From: an uncultured bacterium
GTDB taxonomy: Bacteria > Babelota > Babeliae > Babelales > Babelaceae
Assembly: GCA_963713855.1 (NCBI GenBank)
Contig: OY970209.1
Coordinates: 736,001-800,000, forward strand
Length of the DNA stretch: 64,000 nucleotides
Reading direction: 5' to 3'
Numbering within the stretch: position 1 is the stretch's first letter; each line of letters starts with the position of its first letter. Both the position numbers and the translations under genes were made by a program. Positions 49,650-58,656 of the stretch are shown in pieces. Under the pieces are notes generated by a model. It was given only the letters and a program-made list of their open reading frames with translations. It was not told the origin of the DNA and ran no database searches.

Positions 49650-51965
49650 ATGATTTCTAAACGCGGCATTTCCATTTACATTCATCTAACATTAACCTTG
49701 TTTTTCGTGCCAGGCTCAGTAGCTCATGCCGTTTGTCCACTACTATCAGGTATCAGTTACACATTGCCTTCTGGTTCTACAACTCCTGCATCAGTGTCAT
49801 TTTTACCAAATGGCTTATATCTGGCTACCGCTAATTATAATACAAATAATGTGACAGTATTTAGCGTAGGAACGGGAGGAGTACTGAGTGCAGGTACATC
49901 GTATCCTTTGCCTGGCGGTTCTGCAAATCCCTTTTCAGTGGAATTTTCACCAAATGGCGCATACCTTGCTACAGCTAATACCAATTCAAATAATGTGACG
50001 GTATTTAATGTAGGAACGGGAGGAGTACTGAGTGCAAGCACATCATATCCTTTGCCTGCTGGTTCTACCAATCCCTATACCGTGGAATTTTCACCAAATG
50101 GCGCATACCTTGCTACAGCTAATTCTACTTCAAATAATGTAACAGTATTTAGCGTAGGGGCAGGAGGTGTATTGAGTGCAGGTATATCATATTCTTTGCC
50201 CGCTGGCGCTACCGGTCCCTTCGCAGCAGTATTTTCGCCAAATGGCGCATACCTTGCTTCAGTCAATGCAAGTTCAAATAATGTAACAGTATTTAGCGTA
50301 GGGGCAGGAGGTGTACTCAGTGCAGGTATATCGTATCCTTTGCCTTCTGGTTCTGGAACTCCCGAATCAATATCATTTTCGCCAAATAGCTTGTATTTGG
50401 TTACTGGTAATCGCAGCTCAAATGATGTGACAATATTCAGCGTGGGAACGGGAGGAGTACTGAACGCCGGTACCTCATACCCCCTACCCTCGGGTTCTAC
50501 AGCGCCCCAGTCAGTAGCATTTTCTCCAAGTGGTTCATATGTTGCTATTGGTAATTATACTTCAAGTAATGTATCGATATTTAGTGTAGGAACGGGAGGA
50601 GCGCTGACTGGAGGCACTTCGTATCTTGTACCTTCTGGTGCTACACCTCGAAGAGTGTTATTTTCACCAAATAACTCATACCTTGCTATTGCCAATGATA
50701 GTTCAAATTTTGTAACACTTTTTACGATTGTTTGTCCTAGCCTATCTTCTAGTTCAGGAACTTCATATCCCTTATCGTCCGGCTCTTTTGAGCCCGATTC
50801 GGTAGCATTTTCACCAAATGGATTATTTCTTGCTACAGCAAATTATAAATCGAGCGACGTAACCATTTTTGGGGTCAATTCTACTAATATACAAGATCCG
50901 CTTACTCTAGGAACTTCTTATCCGCTACCAGGAAATTCAACAAACCCTTCTTCTCTTGCCTTTTCTTTCGATAATTCATATGTAGCAACAGCCAATAGCG
51001 ACTCAAATGATGTTACCCTGTTTAAAGTAGCATCTGGACAATTAACAGGGGCTAAGTCATACGCATTACCAACAGGATCTACTAATCCAGCTTCAGTAGA
51101 ATTTTCGCCTGACGGTTCTTATCTAGCTGTGGCTACAACTAACTCAAATAACGTAATCATATTTAACATTGCTGGAGGTTCTTTGACGGGAGCAACTTCG
51201 TATGCATTGCCGGTTGAGTCTTCAAATCCAACTGCAGTAACATTTACATCAGATGGTACATATCTCGCAACAGCTAATGCTGGCTCTAATGACATAACCC
51301 TCTTTCAAGTAGTTGGTGGGGTATTAAATAATGGCATATCTGAACCATTGCCAGCAGGATCAAAACAGCCCCGATCGTTAGTCTTTTTACCCAATCTAAA
51401 TGGCGAGCTATTTCTTGCCACGAGTAATAGCGGTTCAAACGATATTACGATCTTTACTATAAACGCAGGCACATTCAGTGGGTCAATATCGCATCCATTA
51501 CCGCAGGGAGATCTCTATCCTCAAGAATTGGCAATCTCATCGAATGGTGTCTATCTTGCAACTGCAAATAGCGGATCAAATAGTATTACGGTATTTACTC
51601 TTGCTCAAGATATCTTAGGTAACGGTAATACTTCTTATTCCTTGCCTGGCAATTCTACGGATTGCATGGCCATAGCGTTTTCACAGGACTCTGGAGGAAC
51701 TACATTCATTGCCACAGCCAACCTTGCCACAAGTGACGTCTCACTATTCCCAATACTGGGCAGCCAGGGTGCTGGTACAGGAGATGGTGGCAGTAGTCTT
51801 CCGATTGGTGTTATTGTAGGAACAACCGTGGGGATTCCCGTAGGTCTTGGAGTTTTAGCTGTGGGAGCAAGCATTGCTGGTTTTTTGTTTTATAAATACT
51901 TGCACAGACATCATGCTGGCAGCGTTAATTTTGGAGGCGAAACTGACGTTTCGTCGACCCTTTAA
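49650..51965 (+). CDS. Double beta-propeller single-pass membrane protein, paralog 3
   Basis: 48-aa (144-bp) blade repeats, C-terminal TM GVIVGTTVGIPVGLGVLAVGASIAGFLFY, tail GSVNFGGETDVSSTL. Confidence 0.88.
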   Translation: MISKRGISIYIHLTLTLFFVPGSVAHAVCPLLSGISYTLPSGSTTPASVSFLPNGLYLATANYNTNNVTVFSVGTGGVLSAGTSYPLPGGSANPFSVEFSPNGAYLATANTNSNNVTVFNVGTGGVLSASTSYPLPAGSTNPYTVEFSPNGAYLATANSTSNNVTVFSVGAGGVLSAGISYSLPAGATGPFAAVFSPNGAYLASVNASSNNVTVFSVGAGGVLSAGISYPLPSGSGTPESISFSPNSLYLVTGNRSSNDVTIFSVGTGGVLNAGTSYPLPSGSTAPQSVAFSPSGSYVAIGNYTSSNVSIFSVGTGGALTGGTSYLVPSGATPRRVLFSPNNSYLAIANDSSNFVTLFTIVCPSLSSSSGTSYPLSSGSFEPDSVAFSPNGLFLATANYKSSDVTIFGVNSTNIQDPLTLGTSYPLPGNSTNPSSLAFSFDNSYVATANSDSNDVTLFKVASGQLTGAKSYALPTGSTNPASVEFSPDGSYLAVATTNSNNVIIFNIAGGSLTGATSYALPVESSNPTAVTFTSDGTYLATANAGSNDITLFQVVGGVLNNGISEPLPAGSKQPRSLVFLPNLNGELFLATSNSGSNDITIFTINAGTFSGSISHPLPQGDLYPQELAISSNGVYLATANSGSNSITVFTLAQDILGNGNTSYSLPGNSTDCMAIAFSQDSGGTTFIATANLATSDVSLFPILGSQGAGTGDGGSSLPIGVIVGTTVGIPVGLGVLAVGASIAGFLFYKYLHRHHAGSVNFGGETDVSSTL

Positions 51966-52074
51966 AATCGATGAAGACGCACTATTCGCACTCTCCCACA
52001 TATTACGTTGAAATACATTAAACTTCCATTATTAATTGGCATTTGTCAACCATCCTTTTAAACTTCACCTTTTA

Positions 52075-52140
52075 CAAAAGCGCGGAGCTTATAAGGGTAG
52101 AAAAAATTGCTTAACTCCTGAAAAAGTTAAGGTACTATAA
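52075..52140 (+). pseudogene. Fragment of a serine resolvase/invertase
   Basis: Translates QKRGAYKGRKNCLTPEKVKVL*, resembling the RG.Y.GRK linker before the resolvase HTH. Confidence 0.55.
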
Positions 52141-52144
52141 AGAG

Positions 52145-52273
52145 TGGGCTCGAGCACGAGGCTGGGCTTTATGGAAGGCTTTGATTACACTTGTTCCGTT
52201 AAAACTCATGACAAGCAAAGCAGCACTAAAACAGTTTCACGTTATACATGAAATTGTTAATGAACATACATTA
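52145..52273 (+). pseudogene. C-terminal fragment of an aminoglycoside-phosphotransferase-family gene
   Basis: Translates WARARGWALWKALITLVPLKLMTSKAALKQFHVIHEIVNEH. No start codon. Confidence 0.7.
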
Positions 52274-52358
52274 TCTCTGAGTCTTTTCTTTATAAGCTCG
52301 ATCTCGGATAACGGTGTCTCAATGTTGTTTTTTGACTTCTTTTGAAAAGCGTGAAGAA
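52273..52358 (-). pseudogene. Fragment of the RelE-like toxin gene (copy of about 48746..48830)
   Basis: ATCTCTGAGTCTTTTCTTTATAAGCTCGATCTCGGATAA...TTTTGACTTCTTTTGAAAAGCGTGAAGAA is nearly identical to the intact toxin gene. Confidence 0.9.
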
Positions 52359-52408
52359 GGTAAAATACGTAAAACGAAGATTACGATTCTAGAATAGACT
52401 CAGCCATT

Positions 52409-52939
52409 CTAGTCTTTGACGCCTTGATAGTATACTATGCTGACAATGGTTAAAAAGTTTCCAATTAAGAATGCGCTTGACCAGCTATATGAGCTAGAAA
52501 ATGCAACGGTATGAAGAAGTAAAAAAAAGCTTATAAACACAGATACGAGAGCTTTAGACTCCTGAAGAACCTGTCTTAAAAAAAGAGCACTCATACCGCT
52601 TCCCGACAAAAAGAGAATCTCTAAAATTGCTGCAGATCCGGTCATATAGGCTAAAGCTAAGGGGAAAAATCCACTTAGAGCATAGAGCATACGCGAGTCT
52701 GAAAACCAAAGTACTGCGTGATAGTTAATAAGGGTAGGAAAAATGAGTCTATATCCCGTCCATCCTGTCACGATAAGATCGGTCATAAGGCATCCCAGGG
52801 ATAAGAAAACTCTACGTTTCCAGCGGCTCTCCATGCTTGTACCTATTTTTTGCGCTATGAATAACCAGTATATCAGTGTATGATGGTATAAGAGTACTTT
52901 CAAAAAATCACTTAAGCAATATGAAAAAACAAGCCACAT
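52409..52939 (-). CDS. Polytopic membrane protein (possibly MreD-like; start uncertain)
   Basis: About 5 hydrophobic segments, DLIVTGWTG loop. Source of the two duplicated 3' fragments. Confidence 0.5.
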   Translation of the reverse strand: MWLVFSYCLSDFLKVLLYHHTLIYWLFIAQKIGTSMESRWKRRVFLSLGCLMTDLIVTGWTGYRLIFPTLINYHAVLWFSDSRMLYALSGFFPLALAYMTGSAAILEILFLSGSGMSALFLRQVLQESKALVSVFISFFLLLHTVAFSSSYSWSSAFLIGNFLTIVSIVYYQGVKD

Positions 52940-54048
52940 CAGTGTTGCAACACCCACGTACCCTTATTGTTGGTGTGCAGGCACCGTATAATCCCATCAA
53001 AGACATCAATTCCTATTTTGAGGAATTCAAAAACCTTGTACACTCAAGCGGTAGGGAATTCGACTTTGAGTTTTTCATTAAGTTACGAGCTATTGATACC
53101 GGTTATTTTCTTACGAAAGGTAAGCTTGACGAGCTTACTGCATTTTGTGCTCAGAAAGACGTTGAAGTCATTATCTTTTCCGAAGCGCTTTCAGCTATGC
53201 AAGAGCGCAATTTGGAGGATGCTCTCCATTGTCCTATCATTGATCGTACACTTCTCATTCTTGAGATTTTTGAAAAAGGCGCAACATCTGCTGAGGGCAA
53301 AAAACAGGTTGCTCTTGCTCGACTAGAGTTTGATAAAACTCGACTCGCAGGCCGCGGTGTTTCGATGTCACAGCAAACCGGTCGAATTGGTGTGCGTGGA
53401 CCGGGTGAAACGCAAAAAGAAAAAGAGACGCAGCATATTGAACGTCTTGCAGTAAAACTTAAAAGAGATCTGGAAAGGCTTGAACAAATTCGTCATACCC
53501 AGCGCCAAGGACGCCTTCAAAGTGGATTGCCACAGTTATGCATAATCGGGTACACAAACGCAGGTAAATCAACAATTCTTAATGCACTAACTAAAAGTGA
53601 AGTACTTGCTGAGAATAAACTTTTTTCAACGCTTGATACCTCAACGCGTGAACTGTATCTCGATAATAAAAAGCAAGCACTCATCTCTGACACGGTTGGA
53701 TTTATTCAGCAGCTGCCGCATCACTTAGTGAATGCTTTTAAGTCTACGCTTTCAGAGCTTGAGTATGCCGATCTTTTACTTCACGTTGTTGATATAGCTG
53801 ATCCTAATTGGCAAGAGCATTGTCTTACGGTGCATAGTGTCTTAGAGGAGCTTGAAATCGATAAGCCAATGCTTTATGTGTTTAACAAGATTGATAAAAT
53901 TGATACGACTCCGCTCGCATTAGCTCTTCAAAAGTATAAACCACACGTGCTTGTCTCAGCTAAAGAGGGAGCATTAAGCCAGCTTACAGATTATTTAAAA
54001 GTATGGCTTGCTGATTGGAAAGCCCTCAGAAAGCCAAATCCTAAGTAG
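52921..54048 (+). CDS. hflX: Ribosome-splitting GTPase HflX
   Basis: DRTLLILEIF, EGKKQV, RGPGETQKE, GYTNAGKST, LFSTLDT, DTVGFIQQLPH, NKID. Confidence 0.96.
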   Translation: MKKQATSVLQHPRTLIVGVQAPYNPIKDINSYFEEFKNLVHSSGREFDFEFFIKLRAIDTGYFLTKGKLDELTAFCAQKDVEVIIFSEALSAMQERNLEDALHCPIIDRTLLILEIFEKGATSAEGKKQVALARLEFDKTRLAGRGVSMSQQTGRIGVRGPGETQKEKETQHIERLAVKLKRDLERLEQIRHTQRQGRLQSGLPQLCIIGYTNAGKSTILNALTKSEVLAENKLFSTLDTSTRELYLDNKKQALISDTVGFIQQLPHHLVNAFKSTLSELEYADLLLHVVDIADPNWQEHCLTVHSVLEELEIDKPMLYVFNKIDKIDTTPLALALQKYKPHVLVSAKEGALSQLTDYLKVWLADWKALRKPNPK

Positions 54049-57000
54049 TGCCTATAGGTTGATATCCCCAGCTTTTAAGAATGCTATCAACGTTATCCTG
54101 GTAGGTAGAGATAAGATTTTTTGTATGACTATTAAGAACATCTCTGAATGCATCAGTAAGTGTTGTATCATTCCACGGTGAGGCTTTATTGACAGTACCT
54201 GCTTGATCTTGGATAAGCTTATCAAGCGCGACCATGTCTGCGACCTGATTATGATACGAATCAATGAGCTGTTGACCCAGTTCTTTTATCTGTTCATCTG
54301 TCATTTTTTCGTCACCTTGCTTGGTACCTCCAAAGAAACTCCAAATTGAACCAAGGGCATTAGAAAACTTACTAAACGCTTGTTTAACGGAGCTTGTTTC
54401 TTTTTCAGCTATCTTGGCCATGATTGTGATAGTAATACGAGAAAGAATCTGGTTATGTACCATTTGAGCTTGTAAAGCGTCCCTTCGAGTATCGATCATG
54501 AAACGATAGGCTTGAGTGATTCTTCTTTTTGCTAGCCAACGATTAAGAAAGAAGCGCTCATTAAGGTTTTGTTCCATTTTTTTGAATGCGGCTTCAACTT
54601 CAACTGCACGTGCGTTAGGTTCAAGCCCCAATAGAACATAAAGCTGATCACGAGCTTTATCAGCTGTAGCAACTTTGTCATCAACTTGTTTCTTGTAATC
54701 TACTGCGTTATCAACAAGCTTGGTAAGATCGGTTGAAACAAGTTTCTTCATACCCTTCATTGCACGGTTCCAGACGTCCGTATTTTGTGGTAGTTCTTCC
54801 GGTTTATATCCTGCTGCGATCATTTGCTGTCTCAGGGCTTCACGTGAAGCTGGATTTGGCTTTAGTTGTTCAGAAAGGACGTATAAGCTTGCGGCAGTAC
54901 CAAGACCCGAGAAAATGCCGCCAATGTCAGAAAAAATCCCGCCTCCAAAACTACCGATGGTTGTGCCAAGAACAGCACCTATGGGCCCACCAACGGCGGT
55001 ACCAACCACACCTCCCAACATTGGAGAGCCATAGCCAATGGCGATTTTTGTGGTAAAGAACGCAAGAATACCTGCAGGGAGTATACTGTACCATGCGCCA
55101 GCGGATCCCGCCAGTCTTGCCTTCTGAATACTAGTTTTCCAGCGTAGCGATAAGCTTACGAGTCCGCCGTTGACGACATTTTTAATTTCTTTGTAGAGCG
55201 TTTTAAACTCTTCAAGAGCAGTAGCGTTTGTAATTTTTACTGCGTCATCAAAACCATATAGTATGGCAATATTTTCTACCATAGCTGTTAGCCCAGCTTG
55301 TTCACGGGCAGCTGCTTGTTCTTCTGGAGGCAGATCAGCAATCTTGGCTTCCCGTTCTATAACACCTTCAAAATGAGGATCAGCGCTTTCTTTATTAGTT
55401 GACTCAGCTCTCTGGACAGCTAAAACGTCACTGATTCCTTGCAGAGTCGTTCTTGCGTCAAATTGTTCAGGTGGAGGCGGATTTATAAAGGGTGACGTAT
55501 CGACAACACGTGCAGCCGCGTCTTCTAATGTTCTTTCCGTCACAAAATTATTGCGATAGACCCATCTGAGTATTCTTATTTGATCTTCAGGTATAAAACT
55601 AGTGAGTTGATACGCTTCAGCTATTTCAATAGGCCTTCCATTAAGATACATTTTAGGATCGGGCTGCTTTCCTTCGGGATTGTTTTTGCGGTATGCATCA
55701 AATTGTTGGGTGCGCCCTTCAAGCTGCCTGCAAAGTACGGAAATGCTAGCAAGATAGAAACCCTTGTCGGTGGTTCTATAACGCTGCACCTCTTGCCCAT
55801 CAACGGTTTCAGTTACTTCCTCAGCGAATTTGTTTGCGATTAATTGGTCTAAAATAGGTTTATCTACTCTATCTAGGTCCTGAGAATATTGCTCTATGAA
55901 TTGACCTACTTCAATAAGGTCATGGTCTTTGCCAGAGATGCTCATTTTTGGTTCACGAAGTAAGCCAGTAAGCTGCCCTAAAGCATCTTGCTGAGACTTC
56001 ATAACCTCAAGCCTGTCCGTGAATATTGGCTCATCGTAGTTCAGTTGATCTGGTAAGGCTGAAGCAGTGCTCATCAAGCTTATGTTTGCCTGTTTAACTT
56101 GATCAGCCGTGGCTTCAGTATTTAAGAAATTTTTGTAATTTTCTGCAGTTTCTAGGATGTTTGACCAGGCTTTTACCTGTCCATCGACTCTCTCGAATAA
56201 TATAACCATTGGCTCGGGCAAAGCGTGCTCGGTCATGGCATCAAGCGATTTACTCATCTCATCAAGCGTTGTTCGTAACTCGCCTATGGTGTCTAATGTT
56301 GTAGCTTGTAGTTGAGGAAGTGTTTCTTCTAATTGAGTTTTTAATTTTGCGAGCTGCTCAACGTTTGCCGTAATAGCTTCTTTGCGATCACCAAGTGCTT
56401 TGGTTAGCTTTGCGGAAAGGCTGTCTAATAGTGCTTTATCAGAAGCCGGAATTAAATCTTCATAACTTAATGTTGTATCCTTAATGGGTGGACTCTCTAA
56501 ATCTGCGTAAGCTTGTTCAAGTTTGCCGTAAAGGTCTTTGAGCTCTTTTGGATCTTGCGTTTTACTAATACGGTCCAGAATATCAGTAACGTTTCGATCA
56601 ATGTTTGCTAACATATCTTCAGGTAAAGCAGGTAAAGCTCCAAGAGCGAAGTCTGCTTTTTGTATGTCTTCAGCTTTACTAAATTCAGGGGCCAAGGATT
56701 TTGTTATTTGCGCATTTTTTACTAGATATTTTTTAATGGTGCTTGTTAGTGTTCGTAAATCACTTTGATTTTGTTTGTTTGCGGGTAAGCCTTGTTGAGC
56801 TTCTGCAAAGTCTTTGAGTCGAGTAATCCTTTGAGCAGCTGCTGTTTGTGCTTCAATTCCTTTCGAACCCTGCCTATATTTTTGACTAAAGTCTAAGTAC
56901 TGTTTTAATTGATCAGCTTGCTTACTATAACTATCTACATAAGATTTTTGAGCATTTGCAGCAGCTGATGAAAGAGTGCTAGTTGAGGCATGAGAATTCA

Positions 57001-58414
57001 ATGTGGATACCACAGCAGTGTCTAAAGTTGCAAGTAATGCTTGAGCGCTTCCTGGTAATTGTTCGAAAAGTTTTTGACCTGCCTTATCTTGAGTCATGGC
57101 TACCAATGAGCTAAAGGCTTCTTGAGGCGGCAAAGAAAGAGCTTTTTGAGCAAGATTATCTATCGCTTTGCTAACACCCTCTTGGCTTTTTTGTAAATCA
57201 GATTGAGATAAACTTAGGCCGGTCGTGCTATCAGTATAGCGAGTAGCAATAGCGCTAAACGCTTCAGTAGGATTATCGCTTAAAGGCGTGTTTGCAAGGT
57301 AATCTGAAAGTTTTTTAGCGACTGAAGACTCAGCTTCTGCTTTAAGAGCCGGGGTCACTCTACTAAGAATCGTGTTAGCTAGGTTATTGAATGCTTGTGG
57401 TGTTTGGTTATTCAAATCGGTTTTCGTAAAATAGTCGATCATTTTTTTTGAGAGCATAGTAGTAACAGCTTGCGAAACCTCTTTAGGAAAAAAATGAGGA
57501 TCGAAGGCTGTTGTAATAGCTTGCTCTAAACTGCCTCCAGAAAGAGCATCAAGCACAGCCTGTGGGGTATCGCCAACTCTTCCGGAATCAACGAGGCTTC
57601 CTAAGTGATCACTTATTTTTTGTAGAACAACCTTCTCCAAAGTAGTTTTATAGGCTCCAGGCATTTCCTCGATGAGCTCCATAAGCTTACGGTGGCTATC
57701 AAACTCAAGCGCAACACTTCTTTCTGGTGGAAATGTGACAGATTTAATAACAGTTTCTAGCTTATTGGTAAGAGCATCCATGACACGATTGTAATCGCGA
57801 GTGCTTTCACCTGAAGTAAAGTAGTTTCCGCTTCGCATATTGTTCGCTAACGTTGCAATGTTCGTGAGTGCTTCAACACCGTCAAAAGTAGTAAAATTTT
57901 CCGTTGGAGTTTTTTGGATGATATCGATTAAGCGATCAGCTCTTTGCTCAGGAGTTACATCAGTAAAAAGAGGTCCCCCTCTGCCCCAGATTCTTCCCGG
58001 CCTTTCCGAGAAAGTGTTAAATTCTTTCTGCCAATCAGCAAGATCTGTGGCGGCAAGAATTTGTTGTTCGGTAACAGTCGTTGTAACTGTGATGGGACCA
58101 CCCTCCTGGCCCGTACCACCAGTAGTGCCGTCGCCTATTTTGGGAACTGAAGCGAGCTCTTGTTCGACTATAGTAATTTGCTGTACAACCGCTTGTTCTT
58201 TCTGTTGAATATTTTGAACTGTTTGCGTATCTCCACGCTGTTGGGCAGCAAGCTGTTCTTCTTCAAGTTGCTTTTTTTGTTCTTCGAGCTGTGTTCTTTG
58301 CTCTTCCAGCTTTTCTGTGTCTTCAACTGGATTGCCTTCAGGCTCACCATCTTGAGCGATCATCACGCTAATACAAAATGCACTTATAAGAACTACATAG
58401 CTTAACTTCTTCAT
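54041..58414 (-). CDS. Giant exported alpha-helical protein with glycine-zipper membrane segment and J-domain-like region
   Basis: Signal peptide, E/Q coiled coil, helical repeats, GGVVGTAVGGPIGAVLGTTIGSFGGG, LYVLLGLEPNA...EVEAAFKKM...ITQAYRFMID. Confidence 0.75.
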   Translation of the reverse strand: MKKLSYVVLISAFCISVMIAQDGEPEGNPVEDTEKLEEQRTQLEEQKKQLEEEQLAAQQRGDTQTVQNIQQKEQAVVQQITIVEQELASVPKIGDGTTGGTGQEGGPITVTTTVTEQQILAATDLADWQKEFNTFSERPGRIWGRGGPLFTDVTPEQRADRLIDIIQKTPTENFTTFDGVEALTNIATLANNMRSGNYFTSGESTRDYNRVMDALTNKLETVIKSVTFPPERSVALEFDSHRKLMELIEEMPGAYKTTLEKVVLQKISDHLGSLVDSGRVGDTPQAVLDALSGGSLEQAITTAFDPHFFPKEVSQAVTTMLSKKMIDYFTKTDLNNQTPQAFNNLANTILSRVTPALKAEAESSVAKKLSDYLANTPLSDNPTEAFSAIATRYTDSTTGLSLSQSDLQKSQEGVSKAIDNLAQKALSLPPQEAFSSLVAMTQDKAGQKLFEQLPGSAQALLATLDTAVVSTLNSHASTSTLSSAAANAQKSYVDSYSKQADQLKQYLDFSQKYRQGSKGIEAQTAAAQRITRLKDFAEAQQGLPANKQNQSDLRTLTSTIKKYLVKNAQITKSLAPEFSKAEDIQKADFALGALPALPEDMLANIDRNVTDILDRISKTQDPKELKDLYGKLEQAYADLESPPIKDTTLSYEDLIPASDKALLDSLSAKLTKALGDRKEAITANVEQLAKLKTQLEETLPQLQATTLDTIGELRTTLDEMSKSLDAMTEHALPEPMVILFERVDGQVKAWSNILETAENYKNFLNTEATADQVKQANISLMSTASALPDQLNYDEPIFTDRLEVMKSQQDALGQLTGLLREPKMSISGKDHDLIEVGQFIEQYSQDLDRVDKPILDQLIANKFAEEVTETVDGQEVQRYRTTDKGFYLASISVLCRQLEGRTQQFDAYRKNNPEGKQPDPKMYLNGRPIEIAEAYQLTSFIPEDQIRILRWVYRNNFVTERTLEDAAARVVDTSPFINPPPPEQFDARTTLQGISDVLAVQRAESTNKESADPHFEGVIEREAKIADLPPEEQAAAREQAGLTAMVENIAILYGFDDAVKITNATALEEFKTLYKEIKNVVNGGLVSLSLRWKTSIQKARLAGSAGAWYSILPAGILAFFTTKIAIGYGSPMLGGVVGTAVGGPIGAVLGTTIGSFGGGIFSDIGGIFSGLGTAASLYVLSEQLKPNPASREALRQQMIAAGYKPEELPQNTDVWNRAMKGMKKLVSTDLTKLVDNAVDYKKQVDDKVATADKARDQLYVLLGLEPNARAVEVEAAFKKMEQNLNERFFLNRWLAKRRITQAYRFMIDTRRDALQAQMVHNQILSRITITIMAKIAEKETSSVKQAFSKFSNALGSIWSFFGGTKQGDEKMTDEQIKELGQQLIDSYHNQVADMVALDKLIQDQAGTVNKASPWNDTTLTDAFRDVLNSHTKNLISTYQDNVDSILKSWGYQPIGTT

Positions 58415-58602
58415 TACCAGCTACCTTATATAACTTCATTTTTGTTTTATTATATCTTTTTTATATTCTAAATAGCAATATAAATATGAATTCATCAGGT
58501 AGCTTGATATAATTAATAAGGTCAATTAATGCCCGTTATTAGTCCCGTTTACTAAGAGGTGCTTTTAAGGACCCCGTTATCGGTTTTTGCCCATACAAAA
58601 AA

Positions 58603-58629
58603 AAGAGGAACGTATTTAACGTTCCTCTT
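58603..58629 (-). terminator. Intrinsic terminator of ankyrin gene 58657..59565
   Basis: AAGAGGAACG...CGTTCCTCTT with an A-run on the left. Confidence 0.75.
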
Positions 58630-58656
58630 AATTAAATTAGCCGAGTATGTAAGTAC

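Noticed and set aside
49760..50730. Regularly spaced repeats as a possible CRISPR array
   Set aside because: The period is 144 bp, in frame and coding for propeller blades; there are no unique spacers or cas genes.
47932..52740. Diverged repeat copies as a DGR template/variable repeat pair
   Set aside because: No reverse transcriptase in the window, and the differences include indels and are not adenine-specific.
58520..58595. Possible c-di-GMP-I riboswitch (GGGCAAAAACC on the minus strand)
   Set aside because: Lacks the GNRA-capped P2 stem and the downstream GCAAAGC/receptor elements.
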